Source of the DNA: Aeropyrum pernix K1
Lineage (GTDB): Archaea > Thermoproteota > Thermoprotei_A > Sulfolobales > Acidilobaceae
Assembly (NCBI RefSeq): GCF_000011125.1
Contig: NC_000854.2
Span: 1,380,001-1,412,000, forward strand
Direction of reading: 5' to 3'
Length of the DNA: 32,000 nt
A program made the position numbers and the translations under genes. The notes beneath the pieces were generated by a model. It was not told the DNA's origin. It saw nothing but the letters and a program-made list of their open reading frames with translations, and ran no database searches. Positions 6,886-15,851 of the stretch are shown here, piece by piece (the stretch's first letter is position 1; every line of letters begins with the position of its first letter).

Positions 6886-9732
6886 ATGGAGGAGTCTGCT
6901 GTTCCAGGGTGGGTTTTAGAGCTGCTGCGTGAGGCCGGATACAAGAGTCTGCTGCCGATACAGGAGAAGGCGTTCCCAATTATATATAGGGGTCTTAACG
7001 CCCTGGTCGTAGCGCCAACTGGCTCGGGCAAGACTGAGGCGGCTCTGGCCCCGCTGCTAGCTAGGCTGAGGAATGGGAGAGTGGCTAGCGGTGGCGGTGT
7101 TAAGGTAGTCTATGTTACACCCCTTAGGGCTCTCAATCGGGATCTAGAGGGTAGGGTTGAGAGGCTGGCGGGCCTCTTCGGCTATACAGTCCAGGTTAGG
7201 CATGGTGATACCGTCCAGTCTTCAAGGAGGAGGTTCCTTGAGAGGCCGCCGGATATAGTGATAACGACTCCTGAGAGCCTGGCTCTGCTTCTCACTGTTA
7301 AGAGGGCTAAGGAGGTCCTGAAGCAGGCTAGAGCCGTTGTTGTGGACGAGATTCACGAGTTAATGGAGAGCAAGAGAGGGGTGGAGCTCTCTCTAAACCT
7401 GGAGAAGCTGGAGCTCATGGCCGGGAGGAGGCTCCAGAGAATTGGGCTCTCGGCGACGGTGTCTAGGCACAGCCTCTACAGGGCAGCTTCCCTCCTAGGC
7501 GCTGGAAGGCATGTCTCAATGGTGTTAGACACGAGCCCCAAGGAGTATGATGTCAGGGTTGTGGTAGTGGGCGATGAGGGGAGATTTTGGGAGAACAGTG
7601 TTAAGGCTATAGCAGAGCTTGTAAAGGGGGAGGGGGGCTCCGTCCTCATATTCGCCAACACAAGGTCCACAGTAGAGACTCTAGCCTTCGCACTTTCCCG
7701 GGAGCTAGGAGAGGAAGTGCCAGCACACCACGGCAGCCTCTCACGCCATGTCAGGGAGCGTGTTGAGAGGGACTTCAAGGAAGGCAGGGTTAAGGCTATA
7801 GTAGCGACTAGCAGCCTCGAGCTGGGTATAGATGTGGGTAGGGTAGCCCTTGTTGTCCAGTTCCTCTCCCCCCGCCAGGTGACAGCTATGGTTCAGCGGG
7901 CTGGTAGGTCTGGACATAGGTTCGGGGAGAGGAGTAGAGCGGTGATAGTCACGATTGACAACGTTTTCGAGGTCCTCGAGTCACATGTAATAGCGTTTAG
8001 GGCTATGAAGGGAGATCTAGAGGACATCAGCATACCCAAGAAGCCTTACGATGCCCTGGCCCACTTCATGGCGGGGGCAGCCATAGACTCCGAACCCCCC
8101 ACCCTCGAGGGAGTATACAAACTGGCCGTGTCCACAGCGCCCTACGAGGACCTGAAGATGGAGGAGGTGGAGGAGATAGCAAGAGTCTTGAGCGACGTGA
8201 GAGTTATACGCCTCGGCCCCGGCGGCAAGCTAGGCAGGTCCTCTAGAACCTACAGCTACTTCTACAGGGTCTCGATGATTCCCGACGAGAAGACGTTCAA
8301 GGTTCACGACGTAGTTTCCGGCAGGGACGTGGGGGAGGTGGGCGAGAGGTTCATACAGCTCAGGCTCATGAAAGCTTCCGACCCTCGGTCAAAGCCTTAC
8401 ATAGTGCTTGGCGGTAAGGTGTGGAAGATCCTGGAGGTCGACATAGACGCTGGTAAGGTTCTAGTCTCGCCCGAGGGGGAGGTTGAAGGGGCTATTCCAG
8501 CCTGGGAGGGGGAGCTGATACCCGTGGACTTTAAGGTTGCAAGGGAGGTCTGCAGCATCATGAGCCTTGCCATGAACGACATGGAGGCTGGTGCTAGGCT
8601 CCTCAGGGCTAGGAGGCTAGATGAGAAGGCTATGGAGAGGGTCCTGGACGTCCTGGGCGAGACCGGGAGGCTATGGGGCACGGTGCTCTCGTGGAGAAGG
8701 CCTGTTGTTGAGGAGGCTGAGGGGCTGGCCATACTCTATGCGTGCCTCGGGAGCAGGGGCAATTTCGCCCTGAGCCTCTTGCTTTCCAAGCTGATGGAAG
8801 GCAGCGTCGCAGTAGAGTTCCACTACATACCCTACGCAATAGTGTTCAAGTCGCCCGCCTCAAGGGGGCTGGGGAGGCTAGTAGCTCATTCCCTGAAAAC
8901 CCTCGCAAAACTCGAGCCCGCCGAGAGGCTCGGAATGCTGTATGATGCAGTCAGGAGGAGCAGAGCCTACCTGGTTAGGTTCTACCAGGTGGCTAAGAGG
9001 ATGGGTGTTGTGGATCCCGACGCAACCCTCTCCCTCGATATTATAAGGAAGATGGCAGACGCTATGCAGGGAACGCCTGTTGACATCGAGACAGTTAAAG
9101 AGCTTGTGCATGAGAAGCTGGATATAGACGCTCTAAACAGATTCCTAGACGATGTAAGCGATGTAGCCGTGGTGGAGCTACAGCGCCTCTCCCCCCTCGC
9201 CAGGGAGACGCTTACCAACCCCTACCTGAGGGTGGATGCAGCGGTGAGCCTGAAGACTCTGGGTCTAGACAAGATAATAGAGGCCAAGAAGAGGAGGCTG
9301 TCGGAGAAGAGGATCGTGTTCTTATGTATCTCATGCGACAAGCGGCATGAGAAGAAGGTGGCAGAACTCCCCCGCGGAACGGCATACAGATGTCCATACT
9401 GCGGCTCTCTAGCCCTGGCACCCCTGCCTCCTACGGAGACAGGCGAGAGGCTCGCAGAGGCGTATACGAGGAAAAGGAAGGGTGCTAAGCTTTCTCGGGA
9501 GGAGGCGAAACTAGCCCGGGAGGTTGAGGAGAGGGCTAGACTCTACATCTCACTGGCTGTTGAGGGTAAGGCCAGGTATATTGCTGAAGCCCTGTCTGCG
9601 CAGGGCGTTGGGCCTAGGAGGGCTAGAAGCCTTCTGAGGGAGCTCCAGCTCTACGGCGAGAACCGTTTCTACCTTGCCCTCATAAAGGCTGAGGAGGACT
9701 ATGTATCCAACAGGAGGTATTGGAAGAGCTAA
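6886..9732 (+). CDS. Lhr-family SF2 DEAD/DEAH-box helicase with C-terminal zinc-ribbon segment
   Basis: APTGSGKTEAALAPLL (motif I), DEIHEL (II), LSATVS (III), TSSLELGIDVG and QRAGRSGH (VI), plus CISC..H..YRCPYCGSL. ATG at 6886 is preferred over the track start at 6799. Confidence 0.88.
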   Translation: MEESAVPGWVLELLREAGYKSLLPIQEKAFPIIYRGLNALVVAPTGSGKTEAALAPLLARLRNGRVASGGGVKVVYVTPLRALNRDLEGRVERLAGLFGYTVQVRHGDTVQSSRRRFLERPPDIVITTPESLALLLTVKRAKEVLKQARAVVVDEIHELMESKRGVELSLNLEKLELMAGRRLQRIGLSATVSRHSLYRAASLLGAGRHVSMVLDTSPKEYDVRVVVVGDEGRFWENSVKAIAELVKGEGGSVLIFANTRSTVETLAFALSRELGEEVPAHHGSLSRHVRERVERDFKEGRVKAIVATSSLELGIDVGRVALVVQFLSPRQVTAMVQRAGRSGHRFGERSRAVIVTIDNVFEVLESHVIAFRAMKGDLEDISIPKKPYDALAHFMAGAAIDSEPPTLEGVYKLAVSTAPYEDLKMEEVEEIARVLSDVRVIRLGPGGKLGRSSRTYSYFYRVSMIPDEKTFKVHDVVSGRDVGEVGERFIQLRLMKASDPRSKPYIVLGGKVWKILEVDIDAGKVLVSPEGEVEGAIPAWEGELIPVDFKVAREVCSIMSLAMNDMEAGARLLRARRLDEKAMERVLDVLGETGRLWGTVLSWRRPVVEEAEGLAILYACLGSRGNFALSLLLSKLMEGSVAVEFHYIPYAIVFKSPASRGLGRLVAHSLKTLAKLEPAERLGMLYDAVRRSRAYLVRFYQVAKRMGVVDPDATLSLDIIRKMADAMQGTPVDIETVKELVHEKLDIDALNRFLDDVSDVAVVELQRLSPLARETLTNPYLRVDAAVSLKTLGLDKIIEAKKRRLSEKRIVFLCISCDKRHEKKVAELPRGTAYRCPYCGSLALAPLPPTETGERLAEAYTRKRKGAKLSREEAKLAREVEERARLYISLAVEGKARYIAEALSAQGVGPRRARSLLRELQLYGENRFYLALIKAEEDYVSNRRYWKS

Positions 9733-9893
9733 GCCTCACTTCGGGGGAAAAAGGCTATCCCCGCCTCCAGCTTCTCGGGGGAGTGTTGGAGGCCGTCCTG
9801 CCCTCGGCCAAGATTAAAAACAGCTCTAAAACAACTATATACTATCCCGGGAGCCGCATCACATATCCACTAGGGTTAAACGGGTGCTAAACT

Positions 9894-10958
9894 GTGGGTA
9901 AGGAGTCTAGACTGAAGAAGGTTGTGGTTGTTGCTGACTGGGATGCCGATGGAGTTGTTTCGGCAGCCGAGATATACTACTCCCAAAAGTACAGAGAGGC
10001 CTTCCCCCACAAGGGGAAGGCTGTTGTGGAGATGGAGCCGTCCGGCCCACGTGGATTCCAGGATAAGGCAGGTTCTCTAAGCTGCGGGGATATAGTGGTG
10101 ATACTCGACATTCCATATACAGATGAGGTTAAGGCGGGGCTTAAGACCTACGTTGACGGATGCCGGGAGAGGATAGAGTCTATACTATACTTCGACCACC
10201 ATGACTCTACCCTGAAGAGATCCAGAGAGCTCGAGGCAGAGTTCGGCATCCTCCTCTTCTACGGGGTCATGCCTACCTCCCTTATAGTGAGGAACACCCT
10301 CGAAGCCGCGGGCATACGTCTCACGCCGAGGCTCAACAACTTCGTCAAAGGCGTGGCCGTGCTGGAGGGTGGAGGGAAGGCTGTGGGGGGCTTTGTGTCC
10401 AAGAGTATTGTGAACCTTACAGCGTCCATATCGAAGACCCTCAACAGGAGGAGGGACCCCGACGTCTGGAGGAGGTATGTGGAGTGGCTCGCTAACCCTC
10501 TACCATTCGAGCCTACAAAGCTTCCGGGGACCGGGGAGACCATAGTCGAGGCCAGCCTTGAGGAGTCTAGGGAGGCTGACGAGGAGGTCAAGAGGGTGGC
10601 TACAGACCTCGCCATGTCGTCGGTGAAGCTCGGGATAGTCTCATTCGTGGACGCCAGAGGCAAGTGGAAGAGGCCAGGCGCCTCAGCCCTAGCCAGCTTC
10701 GTACATAAAATAGTGAAGACGCCGGTAGCTCTACTCTTCGAGAGAGACGACGGCGTGAGGGTTTTGGTGCTGAGGTCCTCTGCTGGCGAGGCTAAAATGC
10801 TAGCTAAGGAGCTGGAGGAGCTGGGACTCGTCGAAGACCTAGGAGGACACGAGAATGTTGCCACAGCCAGGCTAAGAGAGGACACGACTCTCGAGAGGCT
10901 GACAAAGGGGCTAAGGAGAGCCTCGGTCAGCATAGTTGTGAAGAGAAACAGAGGGTGA
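9894..10958 (+). CDS. DHH/RecJ-like phosphoesterase superfamily protein
   Basis: VVVVADWDADGVVSAAEI (motif I, DxDADG), DIVVILDIPY (II), ILYFDHHDST (DHH motif). Confidence 0.82.
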   Translation: MGKESRLKKVVVVADWDADGVVSAAEIYYSQKYREAFPHKGKAVVEMEPSGPRGFQDKAGSLSCGDIVVILDIPYTDEVKAGLKTYVDGCRERIESILYFDHHDSTLKRSRELEAEFGILLFYGVMPTSLIVRNTLEAAGIRLTPRLNNFVKGVAVLEGGGKAVGGFVSKSIVNLTASISKTLNRRRDPDVWRRYVEWLANPLPFEPTKLPGTGETIVEASLEESREADEEVKRVATDLAMSSVKLGIVSFVDARGKWKRPGASALASFVHKIVKTPVALLFERDDGVRVLVLRSSAGEAKMLAKELEELGLVEDLGGHENVATARLREDTTLERLTKGLRRASVSIVVKRNRG

Positions 10959-11010
10959 GGGTAGCGTTTCGCCCTAAACGCACCCTTATGTATTAAACAC
11001 TTTAAATATG

Positions 11011-11095
11011 CCGGGCACGGGTGGGGTCATCTCGGTCGCCCTCAGGCAGGCTACGGGAGCCGTGCAGCATACTGCCCACCTTGGGGGCATCAACT
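11011..11095 (+). other. Candidate small structured RNA downstream of a TATA-like element
   Basis: TTTAAATAT at 11001-11009, then GCACGG (11015-11020) pairing with CCGTGC (11060-11065), and hairpin TGCCC (11073-11077)/GGGCA (11085-11089). Confidence 0.25.
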
Positions 11096-11240
11096 AAAGA
11101 TTACAATCACCACGAATTAAGAGGGTTTTGCCTTGACGTCTATTCTCCACCAGGCTTACCCGACGGCTCTACACCCTACCTGAAAATATGGTCTTAGTTT
11201 AATACAGGAAGCTACAAACTGATGTTTAAGCCCTCTTGTA

Positions 11241-11318
11241 TGGTGCCGCGGCCGGGATTTGAACCCGGGTCACGGGCTCGAAAGGCCCGCATACTGGGCC
11301 GGGCTATACTACCGCGGC
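11241..11318 (-). tRNA. tRNA-Glu (UUC), 3' CCA encoded
   Basis: Complement: acceptor GCCGCGG/CCGCGGC, anticodon stem CGGGC/GCCCG with loop CTTTCGA (anticodon TTC), T-arm CCGGG-TTCAAAT-CCCGG, discriminator A followed by CCA. Confidence 0.93.
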
Positions 11319-11361
11319 TCCCCATTGCCGTATACATGCACTCGCGGCTTTAAGGGTTAGA

Positions 11362-11457
11362 TGGAGCCGGGGCCGGGATTCGAACCCGGGAACTAACGGG
11401 TCTCTACGGGCCAGGTCCTCTGCAGCCCGCCGCCTTAGACCGCTCGGCCACCCCGGC
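11362..11457 (-). tRNA. tRNA-Cys (GCA) with an apparent 18-nt intron after position 37; 3' CCA encoded
   Basis: Complement: acceptor GCCGGGG/CCCCGGC, D-arm GCCGAGCGGTCTAAGGC, anticodon stem GCGGG/CCCGT with loop CTGCAG|A, T-arm CCGGG-TTCGAAT-CCCGG, U73 discriminator (Cys identity element). Intron AGGACCTGGCCCGTAGAG at 11402-11419. Confidence 0.88.
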
Positions 11458-11508
11458 CCCAGTTAGTGTTTAGGTTGTTAGGAGGTTTTAGAGGTTCACA
11501 TCAGGGTG

Positions 11509-12837
11509 TCAGGGCGTGATTCTCTCTGTGTCTCTGGGGAGCATTCTCGCCTCCCTGATGTTCTCGAGCTTTAGGGTCTGCATCACTATCCTCTCTAGAC
11601 CCATTCCTGCGCCGCCGTGTGGTGGCGCGCCGTGCTTGAAGAAGTCTAGGTAGAACTGGAAGCTCTCGGCGTCTAGCCCCTTGTCCCTCAGGTTCTCAAG
11701 GAGCCTGTGGTACCTGTGCTCCCTCTGCCCGCCCGTCACTATCTCCAGCCCCCTGTATAGCAGGTCGAAGCTGTATGTCCAGCTGGGCTCGTCATCCTTC
11801 CTCATAGTGTAGAAGGGCCTCACCTTCCACGGGTATTCTACTATGAAGACGAAGTCTGAGTCAAGCTCCTCGCCGGCATACGCGCCCATGAGCCTCTCTC
11901 CCTCGCTATCCAGGTCCTCGCCATACTCAACCTTCTTGCCGTACTTCTCCTCGAGTATCTCATAGGCCTTCCTCAATGGTATCTTTGGTATGCCCGAGGC
12001 AGGTATCCTAGGCAGCTCTACACCATACAGCTCCAGCACCCTCCTGCCATCCTCCTCAAGCATCCGTACTATAGCTCTCATGAAGCCCTCGACATAGTTC
12101 ATCACGTCGTTGTAGCTCTCTATAAATCCAACCTCTATATCGAGGCTGTGGTACTCGTTCAAATGCCTCGAGGTGTGGTGCGGCTCCGCCCTAAAAACAG
12201 GGCCTATCTCGAAGACCCTCTCAAGCCCCGCTATGACTGCAAACTGCTTGTAGAACTGGGGGCTCTGGGCGAGGAAGGCAGTCTTGTCAAAGTAGACAAC
12301 TGGGAACACCTCAGCCCCACTCTCGGTACCCGCAGCTACTATTTTCGGCGTGAATATCTCTACGAATCCCTGGCTCCAGTAGTAGTCCCTGAAAACCTTT
12401 GCAACCATCGCCTCAAGCTCAAATATGGCGGAGACCATGGGGTTCCTTATATCAAGCCACCTGTACTTGAGCCTCGTAGGAAGGGACGCCTTCTCAGAAC
12501 CCTCGACCTCCAGGGGCAGAGGCTCCACAGGCGTGCTCAGGACCTCCAGCCTCTCCACCTTAACCTCAACACCCTCCCTTGTAGGAGCTTGCCGTAGCTC
12601 GCCTTCAACACATACAACCGACTCTAGCTTCAGGTCCTCGGCGGCCCTGAGGGCGTCTTCAGGGCTCTCCCCCCTTTTCACAGTCGCCTGTATAACACCA
12701 CTCCTATCCCTAACGAGTATGAACTTGAGCCTGCCCAAATCCCTGATCCTATAGGCCCAGCCACAGACCCTCACTCTACCGCCTACGAGGCTCTCCTTGG
12801 AGGCGATTATGTCTGCTATAAACCTGTCCTTCAGCAA
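11509..12837 (-). CDS. aspS: Aspartyl-tRNA synthetase (archaeal type)
   Basis: 442 aa; class II motifs FRDYYWSQGFVEIFTPKI, VFEIGPVFRAEPHHTSRHLNEYHSLDIE, GGAGMGLERIVM. Confidence 0.93.
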   Translation of the reverse strand: MLKDRFIADIIASKESLVGGRVRVCGWAYRIRDLGRLKFILVRDRSGVIQATVKRGESPEDALRAAEDLKLESVVCVEGELRQAPTREGVEVKVERLEVLSTPVEPLPLEVEGSEKASLPTRLKYRWLDIRNPMVSAIFELEAMVAKVFRDYYWSQGFVEIFTPKIVAAGTESGAEVFPVVYFDKTAFLAQSPQFYKQFAVIAGLERVFEIGPVFRAEPHHTSRHLNEYHSLDIEVGFIESYNDVMNYVEGFMRAIVRMLEEDGRRVLELYGVELPRIPASGIPKIPLRKAYEILEEKYGKKVEYGEDLDSEGERLMGAYAGEELDSDFVFIVEYPWKVRPFYTMRKDDEPSWTYSFDLLYRGLEIVTGGQREHRYHRLLENLRDKGLDAESFQFYLDFFKHGAPPHGGAGMGLERIVMQTLKLENIREARMLPRDTERITP

Positions 12838-12937
12838 CTCTAGACCTCACCCCACAGGCGGCCTCGGCCTCTAGGAAGGTGTTGACACGTGGGGCTAAAA
12901 TAATGGTCTGCAGAAGTCTCGCTGCAGGATGTGTGCT

Positions 12938-13363
12938 TTAGGGAGATATTGTGACGAAGAAGATTGACCTGTATCTCGCGGCTATCCTCTGGAACTGTGA
13001 AACAGTCAGCTCATGGAGACCCTGGGGGGTATAGTCGCCCCTCACAATTATCTCAACAAGCCTCCTCTGCCAGCTGTCACCCTGCACTACGTATCTCGCC
13101 ACTCCCGACGGCGTCTTTTCATACCTGAGAACTATGGGTATCCTGGCCAGCTTCCAGAAGTATGGGGGCGCTGCTTCCAGTATCCTCTCCACCTCCTCCT
13201 TGTCTAGCGTGTGGGCCTCGCCAGAGTGTAAGGTTATGGTTAGGCGGCCTCGGGAGGCTTCATAAAGGGTCACAGTCTCCCTGGGTATGTTCTGGGCTAG
13301 CCTCTTCGCCGTCTCCCTATACCTGGTCTCGATGTATTTCTTGCTAACCCTCCCCTGCGTCAT
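12938..13363 (-). CDS. DUF61 / UPF0216 family protein
   Basis: 141 aa; LSG..HTLDKEEVERILEAAPPYFWKLARIPIVLRYEK...YVVQGDSWQRRLVEIIVRG pattern of archaeal UPF0216. Confidence 0.75.
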   Translation of the reverse strand: MTQGRVSKKYIETRYRETAKRLAQNIPRETVTLYEASRGRLTITLHSGEAHTLDKEEVERILEAAPPYFWKLARIPIVLRYEKTPSGVARYVVQGDSWQRRLVEIIVRGDYTPQGLHELTVSQFQRIAARYRSIFFVTISP

Positions 13364-13391
13364 CCGGCCTACCTACCTTCAAGCAGGCCTA

Positions 13392-14093
13392 CTACCTCCT
13401 CATAACCGCGTATATCATGGCGTGGTCCCTGTCGAAGGGGTCTAAGTGTACAACATCCTTTATCTCGAGCCCCCCGTCCATAAGGGTCTTAATCTCCCTC
13501 TTGTAGACCTCGCTAGGCTCTGTGGTAACGTCTATGCTCCTCGCCTTTATGGCCATGAGCATGTAGCCGCCGTCCCGGAGGAAGAACCTCGCGTTCCTGA
13601 CAACTATCGCCGCCTGCTCGGGCTGGGCCACGTCGGCGTAGAGGCCGTCGACACCCTCGACCAGGTGCCTATACTTCTCCGGGAACCTGGCGTCACCCAG
13701 TATTGGGAAGATGTTTCTTCTATCCCTAACAACGGTAAGAAGGTCTCTCATAACCCTCGGGGCGAACTCGACGCCGTAGATCCTGCCGCGGGGCCCTATT
13801 ATGTCGCTCATATGGCTGGCGGTGGTGCCGCTGGCGATGCCGAGGTAGAGGATCCTATCGCCCTCCTTAACAGGCAGCTCTATTAGGCCCTTGAGTAGGG
13901 CGGCGGCGAGCTTGCTCCTATAGGCGTTCCACTCCCTATACTCCTCCCCGTTATACCTGAATATCCTCTCGCCATAGACCCTCTGGCCCGGGACTAGGTT
14001 CTTAGTTGCGATCCTGAGGCTGCCATCCTCAAGCTCTACAACGTAGACTCCTCTCCACCTGTCATGCTCTCTAACGCTTACAACCTCAACCAC
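13392..14093 (-). CDS. flpA: Fibrillarin-like rRNA/tRNA 2'-O-methyltransferase
   Basis: KEGDRILYLGIASGTTASHMSDIIGPRGRIYGVEFAPRVMRDLL...VDGLYADVAQPEQAAIVVRNARFFLRDGGYMLMAIKARSID. Confidence 0.96.
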   Translation of the reverse strand: MVEVVSVREHDRWRGVYVVELEDGSLRIATKNLVPGQRVYGERIFRYNGEEYREWNAYRSKLAAALLKGLIELPVKEGDRILYLGIASGTTASHMSDIIGPRGRIYGVEFAPRVMRDLLTVVRDRRNIFPILGDARFPEKYRHLVEGVDGLYADVAQPEQAAIVVRNARFFLRDGGYMLMAIKARSIDVTTEPSEVYKREIKTLMDGGLEIKDVVHLDPFDRDHAMIYAVMRR

Positions 14094-14107
14094 AGGTCCT
14101 CACCTCC

Positions 14108-15379
14108 CTATCTCCTGCCTCCTCTTCTCCTCCTAGGCGGGCGGCCCCTCCTGGGCGGTCTTGCCCTCCTGGGCTGGGGCGGCTTTTCCTCCCTCTTCCT
14201 CTTCGGCGGCTTGGCGTATATCTTCTTGATCTCGGCTATCCTCCTCCTGAGCTCCTCCCTAAGCTTATCCCCGATGAATCTGCCTGTGAAGGCGTCGACC
14301 TTAGCGGCGATTGCTAGCTTGGCGGCTAAGGCCCTGGCTATCTTGCCCCGCTGCCACTTGGGGCTCCTATGTATATCCGGGTACTGGAATATGATGCCAT
14401 GCTTCGGCGGCTTGCCGCCTGTCCTTAGCGCCCTGAAGAGGGCCTTCTCAGCGCCTAGGACCTGGATAGTGCTCGCAGGCATCCTGGCGAGCTTGTCGAG
14501 GCCTCCCGCAAGGCTTATCAGCCTGGCGCCGAGGAGCGGGCCCACGAGGGCGGTTATGTTTGGTGCAACCTCGTTCATAACCTGCTCAATATACTCCGTA
14601 AGCCTGCGCCTGAGCTGGTAGAGCTCACTGGTTATCCTCGCCAGGGTCTGGACAGCCTGTATGTCTATCTCGGATAGATCTGCCCCTATGCTCTGCTTAG
14701 CCGCCTCTGCTATGCGCCTGGCCTTCTCCTCGCTGAAGCCTAGGTCTACCAGCCTTTCCACCGTTATGTTGTCCCTGTGTCCTACGGCGGAGACTATCTT
14801 GACATAATCCTCGTGCTCCCTGACTAGGTCGTTCAGCTCTGGGAAGTGGATGCTGTACCACTCCCTAAGCCTTGCGACGAAGAGGTTCACTGTCTTGTCT
14901 ATATCGTCTATAGCTCTGATCGCCTGGGCCGCGAGCATGTCCCTCTTCTGTGCCGCTCCACGGAGCTTCCTCCTAGTATACTCGACTTCAACCTCATAGA
15001 GCCAGCTGAGAGCGTCATCCTCGCTGCCGAAGAAGCCTAGCTCCACCCCCAAGCTTACAAGTCTCTCCCTCGCAGACAGAGCAACGTTATTCCCGGGCTC
15101 TACCTTGACGCTCAAACCAAGCTTAGAGAAGTGTCTAGCCGTATCCTCGCTCTCGACAACAAGACTGCCAACACCGGATTCTACAAGCTTCTTGCCAAGC
15201 TTCTCATGGGCTAGTGTAAAACCCTCCTCCTCAAGCCTCAAAGCCTCGGTAACGGCCTCATCCACACTTCGCGGGAAAAGCTCGTACTCCTCAATACTGC
15301 CGTCATCTCTGAGAGCTACAGGACCTATAGCCAGGTCAGCAATATACACCCTGCCACCTTCGCCCAAGCCAGCTAGCAC
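14108..15379 (-). CDS. nop5: C/D box RNP core protein Nop5 (Nop56/58 family)
   Basis: NOP domain (VAPNITALVGPLLGARLISLAGGLDKLARMPASTIQVLGAEKALFRAL...PKHGIIFQYPDI) and K/R-rich tail; next to flpA. Confidence 0.96.
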   Translation of the reverse strand: MLAGLGEGGRVYIADLAIGPVALRDDGSIEEYELFPRSVDEAVTEALRLEEEGFTLAHEKLGKKLVESGVGSLVVESEDTARHFSKLGLSVKVEPGNNVALSARERLVSLGVELGFFGSEDDALSWLYEVEVEYTRRKLRGAAQKRDMLAAQAIRAIDDIDKTVNLFVARLREWYSIHFPELNDLVREHEDYVKIVSAVGHRDNITVERLVDLGFSEEKARRIAEAAKQSIGADLSEIDIQAVQTLARITSELYQLRRRLTEYIEQVMNEVAPNITALVGPLLGARLISLAGGLDKLARMPASTIQVLGAEKALFRALRTGGKPPKHGIIFQYPDIHRSPKWQRGKIARALAAKLAIAAKVDAFTGRFIGDKLREELRRRIAEIKKIYAKPPKRKREEKPPQPRRARPPRRGRPPRRRRGGRR

Positions 15380-15474
15380 CCCTGACTTATACCAAAACTA
15401 AACGTCTATCGTGGAAATTTAAAAATGGAAATAGGCAGGGGCTAGCGCTGGGGAATAGCTTGCTAGGACGCGGT

Positions 15475-15489
15475 ACAGTTTAAATAGCC
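15475..15489 (+). promoter_or_regulatory. Archaeal TATA-like element upstream of S30e
   Basis: ggtacagTTTAAATAgccc roughly 40 nt upstream of the S30e ATG. Confidence 0.5.
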
Positions 15490-15524
15490 CTGAAACAGGA
15501 TTAGACTAGGATTGGGGAAGATCC

Positions 15525-15677
15525 ATGGGCACGCACGGTAGCCTAACAAAGGCTGGGAAAGTCAGGAAACAGACACCCCGCCTACCAGCCAAGCAGAAAA
15601 AGAACTATCCGCCCAGGCTGAAGAACAGGCTGAAGTATCAGGTTAGGATAGAGAAGGTGGCTTCAGCCAGGGCCTGA
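15525..15677 (+). CDS. rps30e: 30S ribosomal protein S30e (eS30), 50 aa; missing from the ORF track
   Basis: Manual translation: [50 protein letters not shown], matching archaeal S30e ([14 protein letters not shown]). Confidence 0.95.
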
Positions 15678-15851
15678 TGGGGTCTCGAGACCCCCCGGCA
15701 TAGCAAAACTGTTTTAGACAACAGCAGCTTTCTAGCTATAAGGGAAATCCTCTTCCTCTTCTTCTGGGTAAATTCTAGCAGCGGACATGAATAGTTGGCA
15801 ATAGATTATCCCTTTTAGGCTCTACTGGAGGTCTCTGGAGGTGGGTTTACC

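Noticed and set aside
6740-7031. N-terminal ~100 aa of the minus-strand 399-aa membrane-protein ORF
   Set aside because: It overlaps the helicase N-terminus and its promoter region, and the translation is Ser/His/Pro-rich and unlike the rest of the protein; the true start is probably downstream.
10259-10933. 224-aa minus-strand ORF
   Set aside because: Antisense shadow of the DHH-family gene; Ser/Leu/Pro-rich with no conserved features.
11008-11097. 29-aa ORF MPGTGGVISVALRQATGAVQHTAHLGGIN
   Set aside because: Its ATG overlaps the TATA-like box and it has no Shine-Dalgarno or homology that I can recognise.
11362-11457. Interpretation as a class II tRNA (Leu/Ser) with a long variable arm
   Set aside because: The putative variable arm does not form a stem; the first CCCGT lies at the wrong distance, while an 18-nt intron model gives a normal 7-nt loop, anticodon GCA and the Cys-specific U73.
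12148-12754. Two overlapping plus-strand ORFs (149 and 109 aa)
   Set aside because: Both lie antisense inside aspS and look like coding-shadow artefacts.
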